From the NCBI GenBank assembly GCA_041666185.1, contig JBAYHL010000002.1:1834-65833 (forward strand): a stretch of DNA of 64,000 nt, read 5' to 3'. Made by a program: the position numbers and the translations under genes. The stretch is from Patescibacteria group bacterium (GTDB taxonomy: Bacteria > Patescibacteriota > UBA1384 > UBA12157 > JAENIV01). A model generated the notes under the pieces. It was not told the origin of the DNA. It saw only the letters and a list, made by a program, of their open reading frames with translations, and did not search any database. Shown here piece after piece: positions 17,809 through 27,896 of the stretch. Position 1 is the first letter of the stretch. Every line of letters begins with the position of its first letter.

Positions 17809-19263
17809 ATGTCGCTAACACGCAGAGTTGCCTACAACACAATTGTCCAAATTGTCGGGAAAGTTTTGACCACCTTAATTTCTTTAAGTTTGATCGCTGC
17901 TTTAACCCGTTATTTAGGTGTTTCTGGCTATGGTCAATATACAACAATTTTTGCCTATACTCAGTTTTTTGCCGTCCTGGCTGATTTTGGTTTTTTCTGG
18001 TATTTAGTTAGAGAAATTGCCAAACCAAATGTTGATAGTGATAAAATTACTAATAATGTTTTAACTTTCAGGTCAATAATTGCTCTGTTAATTTTTCTTT
18101 TATCATTCCTGATTAGCCTATTAATTCCCCAGTATCACGATTTTCGTTTAGGAATAGGTATTGTTGCCGCTGCCAGTTTTTGGATGACCTTAAATGGTAC
18201 ATATGTTGGTATTTTCCAAAATAAGCTCCGGATGGACAAAGCGGCAATTACCGATATTTTGGGTCGTTTGGTTATTTTTGGTCTCATTCTTTATCAAATT
18301 AAGACGGGGGCAACCTTAAATAGTATTTTATGGTCCTATTTTATAGGCAACTTGGTTAATTTCTTTTCCAGCGCTTATTTTGGGCGAATTTACCTTCATT
18401 TCAAACTAGCTTTTGATTTTAAACTTTGGAAAGAAATTTTTTGGCAATGCTTGCCAATTTCAGTCGTCACAATTTTAGGCATAATTTATTTTAAGGTTGA
18501 TACGGTTATGCTCTCACTTCTTAAGAGTTCGACCGATGTTGGTATTTATGGCCCACCTTATAAAGTGGTGGAAATTTTACTTTTAGTACCGGCAATTTTT
18601 ATGGGTAATGTTTTTCCAATTATTACCCGTTATATTCATGATGGTAGCGGTCGTTTTGAAGGAGCTTTTCAGAAAGCTTTCGATTTTTTAATTATTTTAG
18701 CCTTACCGATTATTGTGGTAACTATTCTAACTGCCCCGCGGATTATTCAGATTGTTGGTGGTAATGACTTTGTTTCGGCTCACACTGTTGGGCCAATTTG
18801 GGGAATTGCCGCGACTTCTGGTTTAGCTTTGCAGATATTAATCATTGCTGTAGGCATCTCCTTTTTGTCTCATCTTTTTGGCTATACGGTAATTTCTCTG
18901 GGTAAGCAGACAAAACTTATTTGGCCTAATCTATTTTTAGTCTTCTTTAATATTGGCTTAAACTTAATTTTAATTCCTAAGATATCTTATATCGGTGCGG
19001 CTTTAACAACAGTTTTAACGGAAGTTTTAGTAATTATTTTGTACTTTTTGGTTATGCGCCGTTATATCAAAAATAAAATTCGTCTTAACATCTTGTTAAA
19101 AGTTGCTTTTTCTGGTATAGTTCTAGCTCTAGCTTTGAAATACTTAAATTTTCTTGCTCTATGGTATCTTTTGCCAATAGGGGTAATAGTTTATTTTGCT
19201 AGCCTATGGTTAGTAAAAGGGATTTCAAAGGAAATGATGAGAGAAGTCGTAAAGGGTAAATAA
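17809..19263 (+). CDS. wzx: Wzx-type oligosaccharide flippase (MOP/PST family)
   Basis: 484 aa with about 12-14 TM helices. N-terminal pattern NTIVQIVGKVLTTLISLSLIAALTRYLGVSGYGQY is typical of polysaccharide biosynthesis PST proteins. Confidence 0.8.
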   Translation: MSLTRRVAYNTIVQIVGKVLTTLISLSLIAALTRYLGVSGYGQYTTIFAYTQFFAVLADFGFFWYLVREIAKPNVDSDKITNNVLTFRSIIALLIFLLSFLISLLIPQYHDFRLGIGIVAAASFWMTLNGTYVGIFQNKLRMDKAAITDILGRLVIFGLILYQIKTGATLNSILWSYFIGNLVNFFSSAYFGRIYLHFKLAFDFKLWKEIFWQCLPISVVTILGIIYFKVDTVMLSLLKSSTDVGIYGPPYKVVEILLLVPAIFMGNVFPIITRYIHDGSGRFEGAFQKAFDFLIILALPIIVVTILTAPRIIQIVGGNDFVSAHTVGPIWGIAATSGLALQILIIAVGISFLSHLFGYTVISLGKQTKLIWPNLFLVFFNIGLNLILIPKISYIGAALTTVLTEVLVIILYFLVMRRYIKNKIRLNILLKVAFSGIVLALALKYLNFLALWYLLPIGVIVYFASLWLVKGISKEMMREVVKGK

Positions 19264-19270
19264 CTAAATT

Positions 19271-20344
19271 ATGAAAATAGCTATTGATGCTCAGACAACT
19301 TTGGGACAAAAAACAGGCTTTGGTTTTTATGTAAAAAACCTTGTTGACGCTTTAGCAAAAGTTGATCCTCAAAATAAATACATTTTAATCAAACCTCAAA
19401 CAGAGAAGGATTTCCCAACTGTAAAAAGATTTATTTGGGATCAAATCACTTTCCCAAGCAAAGCCAAATGGGCAAAAGTTGATTTATTACATCAACCTTG
19501 TTTTTCGGCGCCAATTTTTTATCCTGGTAAAGTAATTGTTACTTGCCATGATTTAATTTCGGTCTTTTTTCCTGAAAATTTACCTTTAGCTTCGAGACTC
19601 TTTTATTCTCGTTGGATGCCTTTTTCGTACAGAAAAGCCATGCTTGTTATTGCCAGTTCCGAACATACCAAAAGAGACTTGATGTCACTACTAAAAATTC
19701 CCGAAAGTCAGATAAGAGTTGTTCATTTAGCGGTTTCTTCGGAATTTGAACCAATTAAAAGTGAAACAAAAATAGCCAAAGTTCGAAAAAAATATGGTAC
19801 TGGTCAAAAATATCTTATGCATGTAGGAACTTTGGAACCACGCAAAAATTTAGAATTTTTAGTTAAAGCTTTCGCTCTTGCATACCGAGAAGGTATTGAA
19901 GAAAATTTGGTTATTACTGGGAAAAAAGGTTGGTATTATAATGGTCTTTTTGAATTAGTTAAGAAGTTAAATCTAGAAAAAAAAGTTATTTTTACTGGTT
20001 ACGTTGAAGAAAAAGATTTACCAGCTTTGTACTCTGGGGCAACAGCATTTTTATTCCCGTCTCTATATGAGGGGTTTGGACTCCCACCACTGGAAGCACT
20101 TGCTTGTGGCACACCAGTTATTTCTTCAAATACTTCTTCTTTACCGGAAGTTGTTGGTCGGGCAGGTATACTTCTTCCTCCTAAAGACGAAAGAATATGG
20201 GCAAAAAATATTGTAAAAATTGTCAAAGATAAGAGTTTGGCTAAAACATTGCGAGATTTAGGTATTCGGCAAGCAGCCAAATTTACCTGGGAAAACACAG
20301 CTCGTAAAACAATTGAAGTTTACAAAGAAGCGATGGAAGAATGA
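19271..20344 (+). CDS. Glycosyltransferase family 4
   Basis: EGFGLPPLEALACGTPVISS (EX7E) and GT-B architecture. Confidence 0.85.
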   Translation: MKIAIDAQTTLGQKTGFGFYVKNLVDALAKVDPQNKYILIKPQTEKDFPTVKRFIWDQITFPSKAKWAKVDLLHQPCFSAPIFYPGKVIVTCHDLISVFFPENLPLASRLFYSRWMPFSYRKAMLVIASSEHTKRDLMSLLKIPESQIRVVHLAVSSEFEPIKSETKIAKVRKKYGTGQKYLMHVGTLEPRKNLEFLVKAFALAYREGIEENLVITGKKGWYYNGLFELVKKLNLEKKVIFTGYVEEKDLPALYSGATAFLFPSLYEGFGLPPLEALACGTPVISSNTSSLPEVVGRAGILLPPKDERIWAKNIVKIVKDKSLAKTLRDLGIRQAAKFTWENTARKTIEVYKEAMEE

Positions 20345-21465
20345 AAATTGCCATTGACGCTTCAAGAGCGGTCAACGAAAAGGCAGGTATTGGCCGTTAC
20401 ACCTTGGAGCTAATCAAGAAATTAATCGAAATTGATAAAGAGAACCAATATCTCTTACTTTTTAGTTTTATGCGAGAAGACGCTTATAAAACTAAAATTA
20501 TTAAATCTTTAAAATCGGCTAATGTTAAAACGAAGGTTTTTAAAATCCCTGGTAATTTGAAAGAAAAAGTTTGGGGTTGGCAAATGCCTTGGTTTAAACA
20601 TCTTTTAGGTGATGCTGATATTTTTTACGCCCCGAGTTTTTTCGAAGTAAATATGGGGTTAAATATTCCTCAAGTAGTAACAATTTATGATCTAACGACC
20701 TTTTTGTTCCCTGAACATCGTGGCCAGGAAGTTTCTGAAAGATTGAATTTAAGGACCAGGAAAGCTTGTCAAAAAGCGGTTAAAATTATTGCTATTTCTG
20801 AATCGACTAAAAACGATCTTGAAAAACACCTAAAAATTAAGCAAGCAAAAATTAAGGTTGTTTACCCGGGTAAAAATGAATTACCAGAACCTGTAAAAAA
20901 CTTGCCTTCTACTTTAAAAAATGGGTCATATATTTTAGCGGTAGGAACTATTGAACCGAGAAAGAATCTAACAGGTCTTTTTAAGGCTTATGCTTTACTG
21001 CCAATAAAATTACAAGAGAAGTATCCACTAGTTATTGTTGGTGCCGAGGGGTGGAATGAGGAAGAGACTTTCAATACTTTTAACCATTTAAAATTAGAGG
21101 GTAAAGTTAAGTTTTTGGGATTTGTTCCCGATTCAATGCTAGCTAAGCTTTATAAGGAAGCGGCTGTTTTTGTTTACCCAAGCCTATACGAGGGTTTTGG
21201 TTTTCCTGTTTTGGAAGCCTTATCTTATGGAGTACCAGTAGTAACCTCTAGTGTTTCCTCTCTTCCAGAGGTAGCGGGAAAAGCAGCCGTTCTAGTAAAC
21301 CAGGAAGATCCAAAGTCGATTTCTAGTGGCCTACAAAGGCTTCTAGAGCACAAGCAAGAGGCAGACGACTTGAGAAAAATTGCCAAAATCCAAGCTGATA
21401 AATTCTCTTGGGAAAAAGCTGCCAAAGAAACATTAAAAGTCTTTAAGGAAGTGTTATTAAAATAA
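20341..21465 (+). CDS. Glycosyltransferase family 4
   Basis: EGFGFPVLEALSYGVPVVTS motif. Overlapping stop/start with the previous GT4. Confidence 0.85.
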   Translation: MKIAIDASRAVNEKAGIGRYTLELIKKLIEIDKENQYLLLFSFMREDAYKTKIIKSLKSANVKTKVFKIPGNLKEKVWGWQMPWFKHLLGDADIFYAPSFFEVNMGLNIPQVVTIYDLTTFLFPEHRGQEVSERLNLRTRKACQKAVKIIAISESTKNDLEKHLKIKQAKIKVVYPGKNELPEPVKNLPSTLKNGSYILAVGTIEPRKNLTGLFKAYALLPIKLQEKYPLVIVGAEGWNEEETFNTFNHLKLEGKVKFLGFVPDSMLAKLYKEAAVFVYPSLYEGFGFPVLEALSYGVPVVTSSVSSLPEVAGKAAVLVNQEDPKSISSGLQRLLEHKQEADDLRKIAKIQADKFSWEKAAKETLKVFKEVLLK

Positions 21466-21477
21466 AGCCTTCGGGTT

Positions 21478-22584
21478 GTGCTTTCGGCTAGAAAGAACAT
21501 TATGCACAAACCAGTTTTAGCCATTTTAACTGATACAATTCGTTACGATAACCAGGCGGCATTGAAATATTTTACTAAAATAAAGCCGGTTCATTTTTAT
21601 AAATCCGCACCTTACGGTGATCTGAGGAAAGAAGACCTAAAAGAGGCGATTTCGTATCGTGATTTTAGAGATTTGGAAGAAAAGCTTATTAGGTTAAAAC
21701 CTGATATTATTCAAGGAGCTGAACCTTATGGGTCAAGAGTTCAATTAAAGCTTTGCCGGATTGCTTACAGAATTTCAAAAAAACTAAATATTCCTCTTAT
21801 TTTTCCAAGTTTGGAAAATAGACCAGTAAATTCACGTTTTGGTAAGGTTTCGGGACCAGTTTTGAAACATGTTTTAAAGGTTTATGCTAAACAAGCTAGC
21901 CTTATTTTTTACCTTAATGAAGGGGCAAAAAAGAACCTCTTAAAAGCAGGGGTCAGTCCAGAGAAGCTAAAAAGTTTGTTATATGGCATATGGGGGATTA
22001 ATACTGATCTATTTAAACCGAATATCCCGCTCCAGGAGCGGGGTTTAGGTCAATATATCTTATTTGTTGGTCGTTTAGATGAAGCCAAAGGAGTACCATA
22101 CATTTTGCAAGCTTGGAAAAAAATTAAAGATGAATTCCCAAAAATTGAACTGGTTTTTATTGGCGATGACAAACTAAATGTTCAAGTTAAAGGGGAGAGA
22201 ATCAAAAAATTGGGGATTTTGAAAAACGAACAATTGCCCCCTTATTTTGCTAATGCTTTGTTTACTTTATGTCCTTCGGTAACCTTAAAACGTTGGGAAG
22301 AGCAAGTAGGAATGACTAATCTTCAGTCTTTGGCTTGCGGCACACCGGTAATTACGACTAAATCCGGGGCGATTCCCGAATATATTAATGAAAAAGTGGG
22401 GATTTTGATACCAGAAAAAAACGCTAATGCTTTAGCGGAAGCAATGAAAAAATTATTAAAAAATAGTAAATTACGCCAAAAATTAGGCCAAAATGGCGTC
22501 ACTTATATAAAAGAGAACTTCGAAGTTAAAAAAACCATCCAAAAAACAGAAGAGATTTTGTTAGGGCTTATTAAAAAGGTATAA
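21478..22584 (+). CDS. Glycosyltransferase family 4-like (GT-B)
   Basis: C-terminal GT1/GT4 domain with the ...NLQSLACGTPVITT... motif. ATG 21502 is an alternative start. Confidence 0.7.
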   Translation: MLSARKNIMHKPVLAILTDTIRYDNQAALKYFTKIKPVHFYKSAPYGDLRKEDLKEAISYRDFRDLEEKLIRLKPDIIQGAEPYGSRVQLKLCRIAYRISKKLNIPLIFPSLENRPVNSRFGKVSGPVLKHVLKVYAKQASLIFYLNEGAKKNLLKAGVSPEKLKSLLYGIWGINTDLFKPNIPLQERGLGQYILFVGRLDEAKGVPYILQAWKKIKDEFPKIELVFIGDDKLNVQVKGERIKKLGILKNEQLPPYFANALFTLCPSVTLKRWEEQVGMTNLQSLACGTPVITTKSGAIPEYINEKVGILIPEKNANALAEAMKKLLKNSKLRQKLGQNGVTYIKENFEVKKTIQKTEEILLGLIKKV

Positions 22585-22604
22585 TTAAAAAACGAAAGGA
22601 GAGT

Positions 22605-23297
22605 ATGGGTGAAAACTTAACTATTCCAGAAGACTCAGTTGAAGAAAATGAAAATATTTATCCTTCAGTTTCAGAGTATTTGTCTGCTTTTGAGCAGTCA
22701 TCTCAATTTGACGAGGCAATCGCTCAAAGAGAAAGAGATTTAAAACTGGAAAGACCTGACATTAATTTAAGTAAAGAAGATCTTGTTGAAAGTATGAGGT
22801 TATCTCCTGATTATAGGTACACGCTAGTGGATTTTCATCGAGCTGGTAATAAATTGCCAACCGATTTGGAGGTTTATGGTCCAGAAGCTCAAGAAGCAAT
22901 TCAGGCGTATTGGAAGTATATTGAATCAATGCCTAACCATATAGATATAATTCGAGCGACAGCGAGAGACAAAGACGACGAGGTGATGAAATTATTTCGA
23001 ATGGAAAAAACAAGAGACAAATTTCATACTCTTGCTGGGTTAGAGCTGCTTGGTAAAGGAGTGATGTTAGAAAATGGTCAAAAAATTACTTGCGACGAGT
23101 TTACCTCTGACGAGTCGGCGATGGATTTGGCATCATATTCAATTTTAGGGAGAGCGTTAGTCTCTATTATCACTGAAGGGGTTGGCTTGGATGTTGTTGA
23201 TCCTAAAAGAGAAGAAGCAAAAACAGTGGCAACTTTAAATTTTCTTAATGACCTTCAATACTCGAGTGGTCATTGGGTAGCTAAAGGTGAAAAATAA
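22605..23297 (+). CDS. Hypothetical acidic protein
   Basis: RBS AAAGGAGAG precedes the ATG. 230 aa, no recognised domain. Confidence 0.5.
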   Translation: MGENLTIPEDSVEENENIYPSVSEYLSAFEQSSQFDEAIAQRERDLKLERPDINLSKEDLVESMRLSPDYRYTLVDFHRAGNKLPTDLEVYGPEAQEAIQAYWKYIESMPNHIDIIRATARDKDDEVMKLFRMEKTRDKFHTLAGLELLGKGVMLENGQKITCDEFTSDESAMDLASYSILGRALVSIITEGVGLDVVDPKREEAKTVATLNFLNDLQYSSGHWVAKGEK

Positions 23298-23299
23298 AA

Positions 23300-23338
23300 A
23301 AGAACCCCTGGTTTTAAACTTTTAAACCAGGGGTAAAT
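23300..23338. terminator. Bidirectional rho-independent terminator
   Basis: 10-bp stem CCCCTGGTTT/AAACCAGGGG flanked by A-run and T-run, lying between convergent genes. Confidence 0.6.
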
Positions 23339-23354
23339 GCGAAGGAACTCTATT

Positions 23355-23513
23355 TTATCTGAGCTTTTCTTCTTCCTTGTAACGAAGGACAATTGCTTTG
23401 CAACCAATGCAAGTTTTTAGGTGTTCTTGGATCTCTGAGGTGGCATCCTTGCTTAACTTGTCTTCAAAAAAGACGAAGTCAATCAGTAGATCCACACTTG
23501 GGCATTTATTCAT
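23355..23513 (-). CDS. Small zf-HC2-like (anti-sigma-factor-type zinc finger) protein
   Basis: RBS GGAGGTGG precedes ATG 23513. Pattern C-x25-H-x3-C-x2-C (KCPS...HLKTCIGCK) resembles the anti-sigma N-terminal zinc finger. 52 aa. Confidence 0.4.
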   Translation of the reverse strand: MNKCPSVDLLIDFVFFEDKLSKDATSEIQEHLKTCIGCKAIVLRYKEEEKLR

Positions 23514-23605
23514 TTTAACCACCTCCAGGATTTGATATCTTATCATAATAAAGGATAAATGTCAAGTATTTAATTCTCTTTCTTAACCTGCTATACTTAA
23601 AACCA

Positions 23606-25033
23606 ATGAAAGAAAGATTTCTGCGAAATTTTTATATTGCGTTAATAAGCATTTTTTTGGCAGGGATAATTGGTGTCATTATTGCCAAAACAGCTTTTCT
23701 GTCACTAGTAATAATTCCTATACTTGTGCTGGCGGCAATTTTATTTTATTTAATTGTTCGTTCTCCTGAGCTAGGCTGGTTTTTAATTATTTTCTTTTTG
23801 CCTTTTGAAAGAGTGCCATCAATTGAAATGGCGGGGGTAAACCTAAAAATCAATACTCTTTTAGGTTTTTTGACTCTATTTGCCTGGTTTTTGGCTTTAA
23901 TGTTTAATTCCAAAAAATACAAGGTTCAACCTAATGTTTTGGCTATTCCTTTAGGTTTATTTAGCATTGCCATGTTTCTTTCTCTTACTCAAGCGGTAAA
24001 TCTTACAAGGGCAATCGCTGTTTTAATATTTATTTTATTTACAATTATGCTTTCAGTTCTGGCAGTTAATATTATTAAAGATAAAGAGAGCTTGAAAAAA
24101 ACCCTTTTAGTTCTATTTGCTTCGAGTTTTTTGGTTGGTTTGTTCGGTCTTTTCCAATTTGCTGGTGATGTTGTTGGACTTCCTAGAGGACTAACCTTAC
24201 TCAAGGAAGGGTATACCTCGAGGGTATTTGGTTTTCCAAGAGTTCAGGCTTTTTCAATGGAGCCATTGTATTTTGCTAATTATCTGTTGATTCCTATTTG
24301 TGTTGGTTTAGCTCTTTTTGTTAATAAGATTAGCATCTTGAAGCAACGTTGGTGGCTAATCGCTCTTATTATTCTTCTTTTGATCAACTTTGTTTTAACT
24401 GTTTCAAGGGGAGGATATGCTGGTTTGGTTGTTTCGCTTTTAGTTTTAGGCGCTTTTTTCTTAAAAAAAGTTTTGACCTGGAGGAATGTTTTAATCGGTG
24501 CGGTGGCGGTAGTTGTTGTAGTTTATGGAGTTTCTTTCGCTCTTTCTAAAGGTGAATATAGGGCAACAAACGAATTTTTAGGCCATGTTAAATTACAAGA
24601 TTTAACCCAAGGAGAATCTATTCAAGGCAGGCTAGTCACTTTCGAAAGGGCTTTGCGTGCTTATGATCAAAGCCCGATTTTAGGAATCGGTATTGGCAAC
24701 TATGGTCCTTGGGCAAAAAATTATCCTATTGTTCGGCCAAAAACTGGTTGGGACATTGTTAATAATGAATACATTGAAATTTTAGCCGAAACGGGCATTT
24801 TGGGTCTTGCGGCTTTTAGTCTGGTTCTTGTTATTTTAATATTTAGAAGTTTTGTCGCCTTTAAGTATGCTCATGATATTTTCTTAAAATCGGTTTTAAT
24901 TGGTCTTTTAGCAGCTCTGGCAGGTATTTTAGTCCAATATAACTTTATGTCGACTCTTTATATAATTCATGTCTGGATACTTATTGGGATATTGGTTGGT
25001 GTCCAAAATATTATTTTAAAACAAAAAGACTAA
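23606..25033 (+). CDS. O-antigen ligase / Wzy-like polymerase family membrane protein
   Basis: 475 aa, about 11 TM helices, with the Wzy_C-like segment LTVSRGGYAGLVVSLLVL and a periplasmic loop. Confidence 0.65.
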   Translation: MKERFLRNFYIALISIFLAGIIGVIIAKTAFLSLVIIPILVLAAILFYLIVRSPELGWFLIIFFLPFERVPSIEMAGVNLKINTLLGFLTLFAWFLALMFNSKKYKVQPNVLAIPLGLFSIAMFLSLTQAVNLTRAIAVLIFILFTIMLSVLAVNIIKDKESLKKTLLVLFASSFLVGLFGLFQFAGDVVGLPRGLTLLKEGYTSRVFGFPRVQAFSMEPLYFANYLLIPICVGLALFVNKISILKQRWWLIALIILLLINFVLTVSRGGYAGLVVSLLVLGAFFLKKVLTWRNVLIGAVAVVVVVYGVSFALSKGEYRATNEFLGHVKLQDLTQGESIQGRLVTFERALRAYDQSPILGIGIGNYGPWAKNYPIVRPKTGWDIVNNEYIEILAETGILGLAAFSLVLVILIFRSFVAFKYAHDIFLKSVLIGLLAALAGILVQYNFMSTLYIIHVWILIGILVGVQNIILKQKD

Positions 25034-25036
25034 ATT

Positions 25037-26227
25037 ATGGTCAATTTTATTTGTCTAATCTTATTATTGCTTCCTACCTACCTCATCCGTTTTTCGATAT
25101 TTAATATTCCGACAACTGCTTTAGAAGTTTTGATTTATCTGGTTTTTGTTTATGGTCTTTTTAAAGCTAAAAGTCTCGGTTTTCGAAAAATTCCTCTAAA
25201 AATCATTTTACCAGTAGGGCTTTTAATCTTATCTTTAGTAATTTCTGTTATTATTGCTCCAGACAAAAGAATTGCTTTAGGTGAATTTAAGGGGTTTTTT
25301 ATTGATCCTCTCTTGGTTTTTTGGTTAATTTATCAGTTTGTTAAAAAGCAGGATTTGCCAAAAATCTTTTGGTTGCTAATTCTTTCTGGTACTTTTGTGG
25401 CAATTCATACAATTATTCAAAGATTTTTGGGTCATGTTACCACTGATGGTCGAGTAATTGGCCTTTTCGGCTATTCGCCTAATTATATTTCCTTGTTTTT
25501 AGCCCCAATTACAGTTTTGATATTAACTTACAATTTTCAAACTACAACCCACAACTTACCAAAAAAAATCTGGCAGTTTGTTGTTAGTTGTCTGTTGGCG
25601 ATTGTTTGTTTATTAGCGATCTACTTCTCGGGGAGCCGTGGTGGTCTTTTAGCAGTTGCTGCTGGCGTTGGTGTTTTTTTTATCGCTTATTACTGGAGTT
25701 GGATACGAGAGAGGATTTCCAGTCAAATAATTATTGGTATTTTGGTTGTAATGGCTATTTATACCGGTTGGGTATTTTTTAGACCGGATTTCATGGCTTC
25801 GCCTGATAGCGGTCGAGTAGCAACATCTAATAATCTTCGTTGGCAGATTTGGCAGACATCGGTAGAACTTGGTAGTTATCATCCAATTTTAGGTGTAGGT
25901 TTGGGTAATTTTCAAAATGCTTTTGGCGAAATGACAAAAGATAGGGGAAATTTTCCTGAATATATTACGCCAATGGCTTTAACGCCTCACAACATCTTTT
26001 TAATGTTTTGGCTGAGCTTGGGGATTTTAGGGCTTTTAGGGTTTTTTTGGCTTTTGGTTTTGTTTTTTCGGCAAGCTTTTCAAAAAATTAATTCTAACAA
26101 AACTGCTTGTGTTATTTTGGCAGTAATGTCCTCGATTATTTTATATGGACTAATTGAGTCGTCAATTTGGAAAAATGACTTAAGTATTATTTTTTGGGTA
26201 ATGTGGGGGTTAATTTGGGTTATCTAA
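25037..26227 (+). CDS. O-antigen ligase / Wzy-like family membrane protein
   Basis: 396 aa with the Wzy_C-like segments IYFSGSRGGLLAVAAG and HPILGVGLGNF...PHN. Confidence 0.65.
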   Translation: MVNFICLILLLLPTYLIRFSIFNIPTTALEVLIYLVFVYGLFKAKSLGFRKIPLKIILPVGLLILSLVISVIIAPDKRIALGEFKGFFIDPLLVFWLIYQFVKKQDLPKIFWLLILSGTFVAIHTIIQRFLGHVTTDGRVIGLFGYSPNYISLFLAPITVLILTYNFQTTTHNLPKKIWQFVVSCLLAIVCLLAIYFSGSRGGLLAVAAGVGVFFIAYYWSWIRERISSQIIIGILVVMAIYTGWVFFRPDFMASPDSGRVATSNNLRWQIWQTSVELGSYHPILGVGLGNFQNAFGEMTKDRGNFPEYITPMALTPHNIFLMFWLSLGILGLLGFFWLLVLFFRQAFQKINSNKTACVILAVMSSIILYGLIESSIWKNDLSIIFWVMWGLIWVI

Positions 26228-27867
26228 AAAAGCATTGGCAAAAATTTGCCTTAATAGGAATTTTTCTTACCTCTTTTTTATTGATGATTTTTTCCGGCAA
26301 AACTGACTCTCTAACGGTTGATGAAAAAGTTCATATTTCCGCTGGTTATTTGCATACTTGGAAGGGTGATTATACTTTTAACACCGAACACCCACCAATG
26401 TTAAATGATCTAGCTGGTCTTTTTGCTAAACTGGCTAAACCAAATGTTCCAGAAATTCCAGCAAATTTTAATGGTGGTGACCAGTGGGAATACGGTGACA
26501 TGTTTTTTTATCTTTCTGGTAATAATGTTGATAAAATTCTTTTTTGGGCAAGATTTCCATTTATTTTATTAACTTTAGGATTAGTTTATTTGGTTTTTCT
26601 TTGGGCAAGAGCTCTTTTTGGTAAAAACGCTGGCTTAATTGCTGCCGCCTTAACCGCTTTTTCACCAAATATTTTAGCTCACGGAAGAGTAGCAACAACA
26701 GATATTGGGGTAACTTTTTTCTTTCTCTTGGTTTGCTGGTTTTTAAGAAAGTATTATTTAAAACCTAATTTAAAAACTGCCGCCTTATTGGGTTTGGGCT
26801 TAGGTTTAATAATTTTAGCGAAATTTTCTGGTATGTTTGTTTTGCCAGTGATTTTTTTAGGAGTAGTTTTCTCTTTATTAAATCAACGGGTAAAAATCCT
26901 ATCTGCCATTTATCAAATTGCTCTAATTGTGATTATTCCCTTGGTTCTTGTCTGGGGTGTTTATGCTTTTACGACGCGAGGGCAAATTAAAGAAGCGCCA
27001 GTCACTTATCAATTATCAAAGACCTTCCATTCTAAAACAATTTCTCACGAATGGTCTAAATGGTTGGTGATTCCTTTTGATAAATTTGCTCAAGGTACAG
27101 AAATTCTTTTAGATCATAATACCTCTGGTCATTGGTCTTATCTAAATGGTGAAGTTGATTATTCTGGTTGGTGGTATTATTTTCCTTATACATTACTTTA
27201 CAAGATGACTTTGGTGGAAATTATTTTATTTGTTGCTTCAGTTTTTATGTTTTGGAAATTAAGAAAAACTACTAATTGGCAAGCGCCAGCAGGTTGGTTT
27301 GACTATTATTTGTTACTTTTTCCACCTTTATTGTTTTTTGTAATTTCTATGGTTGGCCGAATTGATATTGGTATCCGTCACATTTTACCGATTTTGCCAT
27401 TCATGTATATCTTTATTAGTAGTTTGGTTTTATTCAAAAATAATGTGTTTAAAAAATTGCTGTTAACTTTAATTATTTTGCAAATTGCTATAACTTTTCT
27501 TGCTTTTCCTAATTATTTAACTTATTTTAATCAAATTGCCGGTGGTGTTAAAGGGGGTATTAAGCATCTTTCCGATTCTAATTTAGATTGGAATCAAAAC
27601 ATGAAAAGATTTGGGATTTATGCCAAAGAAAATGACATAAAAAAAGTTTATTCTCTTTGTTGGGATGAGTATTCTTTTAGTTACCAAGGTGTTAGCGCCC
27701 AAACGCTTCCCAACAATCCAGTAAATGGGGTAGCGGTTATTTGTGCTCAACAAATGGTTGTTCCGCCAGAAGGTTTTGATTTTTCGTGGGTGATAAAAAA
27801 TCCTCCTGATGCGGTTATCGGTAATGCGATGTACGTTTGGCGATTTGATAAAAAAAATGTAAAATAA
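26194..27867 (+). CDS. GT39/GT83-type GT-C glycosyltransferase (ArnT/PMT-like, polyprenyl-phosphate-sugar dependent)
   Basis: First-loop DE motif (TVDEKVHISAGY) followed by EHPPM and multiple TM helices. TTG/GTG start overlaps the previous gene. Confidence 0.75.
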   Translation: MGNVGVNLGYLKKHWQKFALIGIFLTSFLLMIFSGKTDSLTVDEKVHISAGYLHTWKGDYTFNTEHPPMLNDLAGLFAKLAKPNVPEIPANFNGGDQWEYGDMFFYLSGNNVDKILFWARFPFILLTLGLVYLVFLWARALFGKNAGLIAAALTAFSPNILAHGRVATTDIGVTFFFLLVCWFLRKYYLKPNLKTAALLGLGLGLIILAKFSGMFVLPVIFLGVVFSLLNQRVKILSAIYQIALIVIIPLVLVWGVYAFTTRGQIKEAPVTYQLSKTFHSKTISHEWSKWLVIPFDKFAQGTEILLDHNTSGHWSYLNGEVDYSGWWYYFPYTLLYKMTLVEIILFVASVFMFWKLRKTTNWQAPAGWFDYYLLLFPPLLFFVISMVGRIDIGIRHILPILPFMYIFISSLVLFKNNVFKKLLLTLIILQIAITFLAFPNYLTYFNQIAGGVKGGIKHLSDSNLDWNQNMKRFGIYAKENDIKKVYSLCWDEYSFSYQGVSAQTLPNNPVNGVAVICAQQMVVPPEGFDFSWVIKNPPDAVIGNAMYVWRFDKKNVK

Positions 27868-27896
27868 AGTTATTGAATAATTTTAAAAGGAGAAAG

